Positions 39,865-49,200 of a stretch of 64,000 bases of DNA are shown here, one piece after another; the stretch's first letter is position 1, and the number at the start of each line of letters is the position of its first letter. Position numbers and translations under genes: made by a program. The notes beneath the pieces are model-generated. The model saw only the letters and a program-made list of their open reading frames with translations. It had not been told where the DNA came from and searched no databases. Source of the DNA: an uncultured bacterium (lineage in GTDB: Bacteria; Babelota; Babeliae; Babelales; Babelaceae); NCBI GenBank assembly GCA_963819815.1, contig CAWFXL010000001.1, forward strand, positions 1,540,642-1,604,641. Direction: 5' to 3'.

Positions 39865-40040
39865 ACATCCTTACTGTTTCTTTTGAAAATGCCACGCTGA
39901 GCATCTATGCTTACTATAGCATAAACAAGATTTTTGTAAATTCAGCGTAAGGCAGTAGGGTGGGTACTTTTCAAAAAATTGTGGGGAGTGGTTAAAGAAA
40001 GTCTAATGATTCAGTTCATTTCGAAAAAACCTGCAAAATC

Positions 40041-40165
40041 AAGTTTGCGCTGAATATAGGTACATAACCAGCGCGAACGGTAAAAAAAAGAGACTTCGCG
40101 CTGGATATAGGTATATAACCAGCGCGAGGGGACGAAAAAATTAAGTTTGCGCTGGTTATGGTATT
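40041..40165. repeat. 2.5 tandem copies (51-bp period) of a palindromic element
   Basis: GCGCTG starts at 40047, 40098 and 40149. The unit is approximately TTCGCGCTGG-ATATAGGTATATAA-CCAGCGCGAA with A-rich linkers. Confidence 0.8.
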
Positions 40166-40298
40166 TAATCATTTTGTTAAATCCTTGAGAATATCTAGGT
40201 ACATCTCGTACCTTTTTTCCAAGGTTGCGTTTTTGTGCCCCTCTTTTATGCTTACTACTTAGTGAATTTCCGTTTATTTTTTTCCTCAAGGAGGTCCA

Positions 40299-40685
40299 AT
40301 GATTACCAGACTCTCACATATAACGTTATATACAGATGACCAAGATAAAACGATGAAGTTTTATGTTGATAAGCTTGGTTTTAAGGTTCACACAGATTCT
40401 GTGTGGGGTGAAGAGCGCTGGCTAACACTTAGTCCTGCAGGTCAGGATTACTTTGAATTGGTGGTCATGAAGGCGACTGATCCTGCATCAAAGGCGTTCA
40501 TAGGTAAGCAAGTTGCACCGAATATGCCGTTTATGGTTCTTACAACGGATGATTGCAAAGGTGACTATGAAAGACTCAAGGCAGCTGGGGTACAATTTAT
40601 TAAAGAGCCAACCAAGGAAATGTGGGGTACTGAGGCGCTTTTCATGGATCCTAATGGGAATCTCATAGATATAGTTCAAGATTGA
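40299..40685 (+). CDS. VOC/glyoxalase family protein
   Basis: LSHITLYT.DQD...FY...LGF, YERLKAAGV.F..EP...WG...F.DPNGN. AGGAGG RBS. Confidence 0.92.
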   Translation: MITRLSHITLYTDDQDKTMKFYVDKLGFKVHTDSVWGEERWLTLSPAGQDYFELVVMKATDPASKAFIGKQVAPNMPFMVLTTDDCKGDYERLKAAGVQFIKEPTKEMWGTEALFMDPNGNLIDIVQD

Positions 40686-40945
40686 TTTTAAAAAAATAAA
40701 ACTCTCAGGGCTTTATGCTGGTTGCATGGAACCCTGAATTCTTTAGCTCAGCACGTGCTTTTTGGGTGAGCATCAAATCCCGATCAATAAGATAAACTTG
40801 ATCCGACAAGGAGGGCAAGTGAGCTTGTGAACTCACCTTTTTTGACGTATACTTTACCTAATATTTTAGTAGGATCATAAAGCTCAGTATCGATCAAAAA
40901 AACCACCTTGTTTTAGAAAGATAAAGCTGTTCGAAAGTAGGATTC

Positions 40946-43498
40946 ATGGATTCAACGTTTGAAAAAGGTGCGAAGTCTCGAATCAAGCCTGTTCTGATTG
41001 AAGAAGAACTCAAGACCTCCTTCTTAGATTACTCGATGTCGGTGATTATCAGTCGTGCAATTCCCGATGTGCGTGACGGATTAAAACCGGTTCATCGACG
41101 TGTCTTATACACGATGGACCAGTTAGGGTTCACTTATAACAAGGCCTATCATAAGTCTGTACGTGTGGTGGGGGACGTTTTAGGGAAGTACCATCCACAT
41201 GGTGATCAGGCGGTTTATAATACCATGGTGGGCATGGTGCAACCTTTTTCAAAACGCTACCCGCTCTTAGATGGTCAGGGTAACTGGGGTTCTGTTGACG
41301 GGGATAATGCAGCAGCTATGCGTTATACTGAGGTCCGGATGCAGAAGATTGCTCAGGAGATCCTAGCAGACTTAGATAAAGAGACCGTTGATTTTGTACC
41401 GAACTTTGATGAATCTACCGTTGAGCCAGTTATTTTACCAAGTAAGTTACCTAATCTTTTAGTAAACGGGACTGCCGGTATTGCCGTTGGTATGGCCACC
41501 TCAGTGCCGCCCCATAACTTAGGTGAAGTGATCAATGGATGCCTTGCATACTTAGCTGACGAATCAATAGCTGATGAGAAGCTCTTTAAATTAATTCCTG
41601 CGCCAGACTTTCCAACAGGCGGAATTATTTGCGGACGTAATGGTATCATTAAAGCGTATTCTACGGGTCGCGGTAACCTTGTTCTTCGTGGTGTTGTTGA
41701 TGTAGAAGAAACGACAAAGGCTTCAAAACTCATTATTACCGAGCTGCCCTATCAGGTGAACAAATCTGAGCTTATAATCAAGATTGCTGATCTGGTGAAA
41801 GATAAAGTTATTGAAGGTATTTCCAATATTCGCGATGAGTCCGATAAAGACGGTATTCGAGTAGTTATCGACTTAAAGCGTGGCGAAGCACCTACCGTTA
41901 TACTTAACCAGCTCTATAAGCATACGCCATTACAAACAACCGTCGGCATATTAATGCTGGCTCTCTTAGATAATAGGCCGCTCGTATTTACGCTAAGGCA
42001 GCTTATTAAGGAATTCCTTATTCACCGTGAAGTTATTATTACGAAGCGCTGTCAGTTTGAGCTTGCAAAGGCTCAGGCCCGTGAGCATATTTTGCTCGGG
42101 TTCCTAATTGCACTTGATAACATTGATGAAGTGGTCGCCTTGATTAAGGGTTCAGAAACCGGTGAAGAGGCTCTTGATAAACTGCGTGTTCGTTTTGGAC
42201 TTTCGCAAGAGCAGGGTAAAGCTATCTTGGAGATGCGTTTACAGCGTCTTACTGGGCTTGAGCAGAGCAAAATTCGTGAAGAACTTGATGCGATAAAGAT
42301 ACTCATTGCTGGACTACAAGCGATTTTAGCAGATCGTGATTTGTTAAAAGAAGAAATTCGTAAAGAGCTTATAGAAATTCGGGACACCTATGCAGATAAG
42401 CGCAGATCGCGCATTGAAGGTTCAGTAGATATTATTGAAGAAGCAGATCTTGTTCCTGATGAAGAAGTAGTAGTAACTTTAACGAGTAAGGGCTACGTTA
42501 AACGTGTATTACTTGCTACCTATGGTGTCCAGCATCGGGGCGGTAAAGGTAAGATGGGTATGACGGCGCTTGAGGAATCAGATGATATGCTTCAAGACAT
42601 CTTTATTGCCCGTACTCATGATTCTTTATTGTTCTTTACCAATCAGGGGCGTGTCTTTAGTTTGCCGGTATACCAAATTCCTGAAGCATCTCGTATTGCT
42701 AAAGGCAGAGCTTTGGTAAACATTATTGCACTTGGCCAAGATGAAAAAGTTGTGAAGCTTCTCTGTACAAGAGATCTTACCGATGATCGATTCTTAGTTA
42801 TGGTAACTAAGGAAGGAACCATTAAGCGTACCGAAGCTTCAGAGTTCTCAAAAATCCGTAGTACAGGTATTCGTGCTATCAATCTGAAAGAGAAGGATGA
42901 GCTGGTATTCTGTGCCATAAGTTCAGGTAAGGATAACATTGTTATAGCTACAGCTAACGGACAGGGCATTCATTTCCCTGAGCAAGAAGTTCGCTCTATG
43001 GGTAGAACGGCTGCTGGGGTGCGAGGTGTTAATCTTCGTCAAAATGACTTTGTTGTTGGTCTAGAACTGGTACAGCAAGACCAAGATCTTCTCTTTGTGA
43101 CTGAGCATGGATTTGGTAAGCGGGTACGTGTTGCTGACTTTAGAATCACCCACCGCGGAGGTCTTGGAGTGCGCACTATTCCTACTGAAAAACGTAATGG
43201 CCAAGCGATAGGGCTTGCGGTCGTAGATGATGAAAGCAATATTTTGCTTATCGACAACCAAGGTAAGATTATTCGCCTCTCTCCTTCTGAAATTCGTACT
43301 ATGGGTCGCCAAGCTAAGGGTGTTCGGCTTATCCGCCTTGAAGAGGGCAGAACATTAGCTGGAGTGGCAGCATTCACCGGTGACGGTAACGTTGCTGAAA
43401 AAGGTTTGGTGCAGGTAGAATCGGTTGCAGAAGCAGAGGGCAAGGTTTCACCAGGGCCTGAACCGGACGCCACCCATGAGGAAAACTCTGAAGATTAA
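40946..43498 (+). CDS. gyrA: DNA gyrase subunit A
   Basis: DGLKPVHRR, YHPHGD, AAMRYTE and the GyrA-box QHRGGKG in the C-terminal pinwheel. Confidence 0.98.
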   Translation: MDSTFEKGAKSRIKPVLIEEELKTSFLDYSMSVIISRAIPDVRDGLKPVHRRVLYTMDQLGFTYNKAYHKSVRVVGDVLGKYHPHGDQAVYNTMVGMVQPFSKRYPLLDGQGNWGSVDGDNAAAMRYTEVRMQKIAQEILADLDKETVDFVPNFDESTVEPVILPSKLPNLLVNGTAGIAVGMATSVPPHNLGEVINGCLAYLADESIADEKLFKLIPAPDFPTGGIICGRNGIIKAYSTGRGNLVLRGVVDVEETTKASKLIITELPYQVNKSELIIKIADLVKDKVIEGISNIRDESDKDGIRVVIDLKRGEAPTVILNQLYKHTPLQTTVGILMLALLDNRPLVFTLRQLIKEFLIHREVIITKRCQFELAKAQAREHILLGFLIALDNIDEVVALIKGSETGEEALDKLRVRFGLSQEQGKAILEMRLQRLTGLEQSKIREELDAIKILIAGLQAILADRDLLKEEIRKELIEIRDTYADKRRSRIEGSVDIIEEADLVPDEEVVVTLTSKGYVKRVLLATYGVQHRGGKGKMGMTALEESDDMLQDIFIARTHDSLLFFTNQGRVFSLPVYQIPEASRIAKGRALVNIIALGQDEKVVKLLCTRDLTDDRFLVMVTKEGTIKRTEASEFSKIRSTGIRAINLKEKDELVFCAISSGKDNIVIATANGQGIHFPEQEVRSMGRTAAGVRGVNLRQNDFVVGLELVQQDQDLLFVTEHGFGKRVRVADFRITHRGGLGVRTIPTEKRNGQAIGLAVVDDESNILLIDNQGKIIRLSPSEIRTMGRQAKGVRLIRLEEGRTLAGVAAFTGDGNVAEKGLVQVESVAEAEGKVSPGPEPDATHEENSED

Positions 43499-43506
43499 TT
43501 GCTTAA

Positions 43507-43531
43507 AAGGTCGGTTTAATAGGCCGACCTT
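43507..43531 (+). terminator. Hairpin after gyrA
   Basis: AAGGTCGGT...GCCGACCTT inverted repeat. Confidence 0.55.
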
Positions 43532-43781
43532 GAGGCAATTAAGAAATTGCTAATTGTAATGGAATTGCGCAAGAACAGGATGCGGATTGCCATAAAAAGT
43601 GGGTTTTAGAGCTTTCTAGACTTTCAAATGAGAGTGATCCATAGCAACTATTCGTTTGTTTGAAGATTATTATTATTGCAATTTCCTCCAAGGTCGATAG
43701 ACTGAAGAGTGATTAAGAAAAAAGCTGCAAAGTTTTGATATATTTTACGCTAGTGATAGTAAGGTAATTAAGGAGTCCTTG

Positions 43782-44054
43782 ATGGCAGTTCCCAAGAGAA
43801 AGAGAAGTAAGGCTCGCCGAGATAGTAGACATTCGACGAGATTTATAAGACCGCAGGCAATTACTGAATGTGCTAATTGCTCAAAACCATTAAGCCCCCA
43901 TGTTGCATGTGGAGAATGTGGTTTTTATAAAGGTGCTAAGGTACTTCGTACTAAAGTGGAGCGTGTGCTGAAGCGTGGCGAAATTCGTCGCGCAGAAGAG
44001 GCTAAACATGCAGCTTCGGTGCCAACAGAATCAGCTCAAGAAGAAAGTAAGTAA
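43782..44054 (+). CDS. rpmF: 50S ribosomal protein L32 (Zn-ribbon type, C-terminally extended)
   Basis: MAVPKRKRSKARRD, CANC...PHVACGECGFYKG. Confidence 0.93.
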   Translation: MAVPKRKRSKARRDSRHSTRFIRPQAITECANCSKPLSPHVACGECGFYKGAKVLRTKVERVLKRGEIRRAEEAKHAASVPTESAQEESK

Positions 44055-44105
44055 TAAAGAAAGTAGGGCCCGTGTAACCACGGCCCTTTTTAATATGAGG
44101 TAAAG

Positions 44106-44753
44106 ATGATACCTGCAATACAGAATATTATGTCCGACAAGCGCCTTGCATATGGTGCTTGGATTGTTATAGGTCTTGGGGTAGCAGCCGCAGGTATCTA
44201 TGGCTATAGGTGGTATCAAGCTGGCAAAGAACGAGCAGCCTATAAAGAGTTCGTTGAATCTGTTGAAGCCTATGAGCATATTACAACACTTGCAGATGTT
44301 GAAAAAGAGCTGCAAGATAGTGAGCGGGCTTTCCACGTTGGTGCTGAAGCACATCGTTCTTCTGCATTGTACCCATTCTTCTTAGCCTTTGAAGCGGATG
44401 CTCTCATTCGTTTAGGAAATATAGCTCAAGCAGCTGCACTGCTTGATACAGCAGTGAACCATATGGATAAGCAGCATCCATTATATTATTTGTATGCTTT
44501 AAAAGCTGCGCTTGTGAAAATAGATACTCAAGATGCTACCTTAGAAAAAGAGGGTCGAGCTTCGCTTGATTCCCTTGCTTCGATGGAAGCAAATCCGTTA
44601 CAAGATATGGCCCGCTATTATGCTGGCTTAGATGCAGATACCAAAGGTGACCGAGCTCGTGCGGTTTCGTACTATGAAAAGATTATGGCACAGAGCAGCA
44701 AAGATTCTTATTGGTATCAGCTAGCGGATGAAAAAGTAAAAGCTGGTGGTTGA
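44106..44753 (+). CDS. Membrane-anchored TPR-like protein (YfgM-like)
   Basis: N-terminal TM followed by GYRWYQ and TPR-like helical repeats. Confidence 0.65.
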   Translation: MIPAIQNIMSDKRLAYGAWIVIGLGVAAAGIYGYRWYQAGKERAAYKEFVESVEAYEHITTLADVEKELQDSERAFHVGAEAHRSSALYPFFLAFEADALIRLGNIAQAAALLDTAVNHMDKQHPLYYLYALKAALVKIDTQDATLEKEGRASLDSLASMEANPLQDMARYYAGLDADTKGDRARAVSYYEKIMAQSSKDSYWYQLADEKVKAGG

Positions 44754-46171
44754 TGACGGTTCGCGTTCGCTATGCTCCCTCGCCCACGGGACATCTACAT
44801 GTGGGTTCCTTACGGACAGCGCTCTATAATTGGCTGTTTGCAAGACATCATAAAGGAACGTACCTCCTGCGTATTGAAGATACTGACGTGGAGCGATCTC
44901 TTCCTGAATATACCGAGTCCATTCTCAAATCTTTGCATTGGGCCTCCTTAGAGCCTGATGAAGTACCTATGATTCAATCAGATCGACTTGAAGCACATAG
45001 AGAAGTAGCTCAGAAGCTTCTTAGTGAAGGCCGAGCGTACCGCTGTTATTGTACATCTGAAGAGTTAGCACAGCGCATTGGGTTATCTGCTGCTCATGAG
45101 GGCGGCTATGCCAGTTACGATGGCTTCTGTCGAGATAAGAAAGAGCATGAGGCTAAGCCCTATGCGATACGATTTAAAATACCTGAAACGATATCCGTTA
45201 TCGAATTTACTGATCTGATTCGTGGACCAATAAAGTTTATGAAGGATCAGTTGGATGATTTTATTATTGTACGCTCTGATGGGATGCCCATGTATAACTT
45301 TGTGGTTGTCGTTGATGACGCCTATATGAAGATTACGCATGTATTACGTGGTGAAGACCACATCTCTAATACGCCAAAGCAGGTGTTATTATACCAAGCT
45401 TGTGGCTATACGCTTCCTCAGTTTGCTCACTTTTCATTAATATTGGGTTCTGACGGACAACGCCTGAGTAAGCGCCATAGGGCAACCTCAGTTGAGAGCT
45501 ATAAGCAAGAAGGGATCTTAGCCGATGCGCTTTGTAACTATTTAGTGCGCCTTGGCTGGTCACATGGTGACCAAGAGATTTTCACAAGGGAAGAGTTAAT
45601 AAGCTTTTTTGATCTTGATCATATGCATAAGTCCGGAGCTATCTATGATCAGCAAAAACTCGAATGGATGAATGGGGTCTATATCCGTGAACGAAGCAAC
45701 CATGAGTTGTGTATACTGATGGAACGGGATGTAGATCCGAATGTTAAGAACTATTTTACTAATTGGAGCTCAAACACGCTCGAGGCTTTTATAGGCCTGT
45801 ATAAAGAGCGAGTGAAGACGCTGAAAGAGCTCATAGACGAACTACGTGCCCTCCATGAGCGGCCGCGCGAATTTCCTCAAGACATCAATGACTTAGTACA
45901 ACAATCGGTAATAGAACATCTTACTACGGTACGAGAGGCACTTGTGCATCTCGAGGACCATTCGCATGACTCCGTAGATCGTCTTATAAAAAGTATCTGC
46001 ACAGAGAAAGGAATTTCAGTAAAGCAGATCTTTCAGCCCTTACGCATTGCCTTAACCGGCAATACTTCCAGCCCAGGGGTAGCCAAGCTTATTGAGCTTC
46101 TCTCGGTTGAAGAAAGTGTTCAACGGATTGATCACTTTTTGAAGTACTTAAAAAGGAGAATGGAGCACTAA
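44753..46171 (+). CDS. gltX: Glutamyl-tRNA synthetase
   Basis: RYAPSPTGHLHVG, RIEDTD, RGEDHISNT, RLSKR, PLRIALTG. Confidence 0.97.
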   Translation: MTVRVRYAPSPTGHLHVGSLRTALYNWLFARHHKGTYLLRIEDTDVERSLPEYTESILKSLHWASLEPDEVPMIQSDRLEAHREVAQKLLSEGRAYRCYCTSEELAQRIGLSAAHEGGYASYDGFCRDKKEHEAKPYAIRFKIPETISVIEFTDLIRGPIKFMKDQLDDFIIVRSDGMPMYNFVVVVDDAYMKITHVLRGEDHISNTPKQVLLYQACGYTLPQFAHFSLILGSDGQRLSKRHRATSVESYKQEGILADALCNYLVRLGWSHGDQEIFTREELISFFDLDHMHKSGAIYDQQKLEWMNGVYIRERSNHELCILMERDVDPNVKNYFTNWSSNTLEAFIGLYKERVKTLKELIDELRALHERPREFPQDINDLVQQSVIEHLTTVREALVHLEDHSHDSVDRLIKSICTEKGISVKQIFQPLRIALTGNTSSPGVAKLIELLSVEESVQRIDHFLKYLKRRMEH

Positions 46172-46216
46172 CCAATAGACATAAAGGGGTAATTCCCCTT
46201 ATAGGAGGTTTATCTT

Positions 46217-47167
46217 ATGAAAATTGGTATGCTGTTTCCTGGATATCCAAGCCAATATGTTGGAATGGGTAAGGATTTATACGACAACTCAAGAACAATA
46301 CAGGAATATTTTGAGGAAGCCTCAAACTGTTTAGGAGTGAACTTTGTAAAGCTCTGCTTCGCATCGTCTGATGCTGAGATAGCCAAAGTATCAAATGCCT
46401 ATCCAGCCCTCTTTCTAAGTGGGATATCAACTGCTCATATGATTCAAGAAACATTTCCAGACATGCTGATTAGTGCCGTCGCAGGATATGGAGTGGGCGA
46501 GTATAGCGCACTGTATACCGCAAACGCGATAACAGCACCTGATGGACTGTATCTTTTAAGTAAGTTTTCTCAGTTCTATGGTGAACTGCAAGAAGGCTTA
46601 GAGATGAAGACGGTGAGTATTACCGGATTATCAGAGCGTAAGTTTAAGCAGCTTACTGATGAGCATCCCAACGTATTTGTTATCTCATATGATGCAGAAC
46701 GGTACGTGGTATCAGGTTTAGTCGAGCCACTCGATGAGTTTACGAGCGCAGCTAAAGAAGCTGGTGCAGGTAAAGCAAAACGGGTTGATGTGATTGATGG
46801 ATACCATACTTCCTTACTTCAACCAGTACTAGATCAGTTAACTATCTATCTTACGAAGGTAGATTTTACTGCACCTGAGTTTACGGTATATGGCTGTCTT
46901 GATGGCAAGCCTATTGCAAAGGCTCAAAAGGCGCAGGAATCGATTATGCGTCAGATCGTGAAACCAGTTAACTGGAAAATAGTCTTAAAACAGTTTGCAG
47001 AGTATGATATGCTTCTGGTTCCAGGGCCTTCAAAGGCGCTGGTAAAAGAACTTGTATCAGTGTATCCTGATAAAATTATCATGGGTATTGAAACTATGGC
47101 CGATATTAAACTGCTTCAGGCAGTGATAAACGGTGAAGTGGTACCTTCACTTATTGAGATAGGTTAA
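46217..47167 (+). CDS. fabD: FabD (malonyl-CoA:ACP transacylase)-like protein lacking the catalytic Ser
   Basis: LFPG..SQYVGMG, overall FabD layout, QIVKPVNW and position next to acpP. GHSLG is replaced by GYGVG. Confidence 0.8.
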   Translation: MKIGMLFPGYPSQYVGMGKDLYDNSRTIQEYFEEASNCLGVNFVKLCFASSDAEIAKVSNAYPALFLSGISTAHMIQETFPDMLISAVAGYGVGEYSALYTANAITAPDGLYLLSKFSQFYGELQEGLEMKTVSITGLSERKFKQLTDEHPNVFVISYDAERYVVSGLVEPLDEFTSAAKEAGAGKAKRVDVIDGYHTSLLQPVLDQLTIYLTKVDFTAPEFTVYGCLDGKPIAKAQKAQESIMRQIVKPVNWKIVLKQFAEYDMLLVPGPSKALVKELVSVYPDKIIMGIETMADIKLLQAVINGEVVPSLIEIG

Positions 47168-47182
47168 TAAGGAGATGACACA

Positions 47183-47425
47183 GTGCAGCGTGCAGATATA
47201 TATGCAAAAGTGGTAGGCATCATTGCTCACATTCTCAAAGTAAGCAATGATACTATCAAAGAAGAATCGACACTTGAAAGTCTCGGTGCCGATTCTTTAA
47301 ACCGTGTGGAATTCGTCATGGAACTCGAGGAAGCATTCGGCCTCGAAATCAAAGATGAAGATGCTGAAAAGCTTTCTACCGTCAAAGACGCGGTAGACTA
47401 TATTCAGCAGCACACTCACTCATAA
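47183..47425 (+). CDS. acpP: Acyl carrier protein
   Basis: LGADSL phosphopantetheine site and MELEEAFGLEI.DEDAEKL.TV.DAVDYI. AGGAG RBS before GTG. Confidence 0.95.
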   Translation: MQRADIYAKVVGIIAHILKVSNDTIKEESTLESLGADSLNRVEFVMELEEAFGLEIKDEDAEKLSTVKDAVDYIQQHTHS

Positions 47426-47440
47426 TAATGACAGTAACCA

Positions 47441-47470
47441 AACAGGGCCACGATACAAAGTGGCCCTGTT
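47441..47470 (+). terminator. Intrinsic terminator after acpP
   Basis: AACAGGGCCAC...GTGGCCCTGTT followed by ATTCTTTT. Confidence 0.7.
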
Positions 47471-47686
47471 ATTCTTTTAAAAAGGCCTCTAAAATCACCC
47501 ACATTGCATTTTGTTGAGAGCCATAAGGGGATTGATCTACACGTTAATAAAACGTGCCCCCAGGTTCTTGCTGAACGGCTTTTTTTGCTAACAGCTAAGC
47601 GTAGATATGCGCTTACTAGATGTCTACAAGAATCAAAAGAAAAAGGGCTCTTTTTGATAGAAGACCAACGTGTGCGTTCTAGGTCT

Positions 47687-48832
47687 TTAAGCTGCGTGAG
47701 CTGTTTTTGGTGACCGCAATATATGTGGCTTTTGGTACAACAATACGGAGGCACCCACAACAACAGCAAGGGCTAAGACCTCGATGAATCGGGATGAACC
47801 CTTTTTGTCGAAATCGGTTGATTTGGCGGTAGCGCTATTGATTTCCGGTTTTGGTACTGGCTTATCGCTTTGGAGTGTAGCTACTGGGGTTGGACTTGGG
47901 GTTATCATGAATCCAAAACCTTCATCCAGATCAAAGCTTCGGGTTCTCAAAGACGTTGAATCTACATCATCTTCTTGTAGCTCTGGGTTATCGCCTCGGG
48001 GCATATCTACCGGGGTAGGGGTTATTGATTCAGTATCTTCATCTACATTAAAGCCTTGGATTGTCAAAAACGTTGGATCTTCCTCATTTTGAGTTCTGGC
48101 TGTGCTATTATTTGACCAACAACCAAAAATAGTAGGCCAAGTAAAATGAGGACAATCGGGCGGCATAAACATTGACGCTGTTGAACTGGCCTCGGCATGT
48201 AAGAATGATGCCATTGAGCTAGCCTCAGTACGTAAGAAGCTCCAAGCGTTTGAGAAAACTTGCCGTAAAGATCTTGATACAGATATTTCATTTGAGAAGA
48301 TTTGGTAACCTACGTCAGCTGGCGAAAAACGTGCAGAGTCACTGGCAAAACCAAATGAGGCTGGTGTTATTACAAGCGCTGGAGTGGTATTCCCTAGGCC
48401 AGCGTAGAAACTATCTCGGAAGTGGCTGGACCTGTCAACATCGTGAAGGCGATTCATCCTACTCATTAGATCCTGCTGTAGAAGCTGCAAGGTTTCATAG
48501 CTCATTGCATCGTCTGAACCATATCTGGTGCCTGGTCGATCTGATGCGGCTGCTCTTTTAGTTTCATCAATTTTGCGACAAAAAGGGCAGCTGAAATAAT
48601 CTTTCGTTGCTCTATCCCAACACTCTGAACAAATTGCTTTGTTTTTACAGCAGGGAGTAGTAAAATCAGCTTTTTTGTCTACGCATATTGTACAGACATT
48701 ATCTTCTTTTGCTTGAGGAGCTGTCTCTGACTCAGTTGTCTGTTCATTGTTAGTATCTGGTTGAGCAGCATAAAGTGGACATCCTAAAGCTAGGATGACT
48801 GTTCCAAGACACAGTGTATACACAAATTTCAT
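47687..48832 (-). CDS. Signal-peptide, C-terminally anchored protein with RING-like Zn finger
   Basis: GGAGG before ATG 48832. CTIC..PCC..CSEC..CPFCRK and C-terminal TM LALAVVVGAS. Confidence 0.8.
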   Translation of the reverse strand: MKFVYTLCLGTVILALGCPLYAAQPDTNNEQTTESETAPQAKEDNVCTICVDKKADFTTPCCKNKAICSECWDRATKDYFSCPFCRKIDETKRAAASDRPGTRYGSDDAMSYETLQLLQQDLMSRMNRLHDVDRSSHFRDSFYAGLGNTTPALVITPASFGFASDSARFSPADVGYQIFSNEISVSRSLRQVFSNAWSFLRTEASSMASFLHAEASSTASMFMPPDCPHFTWPTIFGCWSNNSTARTQNEEDPTFLTIQGFNVDEDTESITPTPVDMPRGDNPELQEDDVDSTSLRTRSFDLDEGFGFMITPSPTPVATLQSDKPVPKPEINSATAKSTDFDKKGSSRFIEVLALAVVVGASVLLYQKPHILRSPKTAHAA

Positions 48833-49200
48833 ACTAATCCTCCACAAGGATTCTATGTTTTTATACGATTTAGTGTAGCATATGCTTACCAAAAGTCCTA
48901 GAGCCCCTGCTTCTCTAGAACTAGACGGCATTGGCTAATCATAAAGAGTCTTCATAATCGCACCACCCATCAAACCAGATGACATCATATGATTTATGAA
49001 TCGCTGGTGCTGACCGCTTCCTTTGAGAGGGTGATGAGTCTATATCTGAACGAAACATGAGCCTAGGCTGTTTCTGAACGCCTTTTTTGCAGCATCTGAT
49101 AAGCTATTGGTATGTATGCCACTAGGTGACTATGATTTGAAGCATTGAATCAAAAGAATAGGGGCCCAATGCTGGACCCCTACGTACAAATTCTAGGTCT

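Noticed and set aside
40041..40165. CRISPR array
   Set aside because: Linkers are only ~13 bp and A-rich, there are 2.5 degenerate units, and no cas genes are present.
40011..40289. 92-aa minus-strand ORF with internal repeat
   Set aside because: It is a read-through of the non-coding palindromic repeat, with a TTG start and no recognisable protein features.
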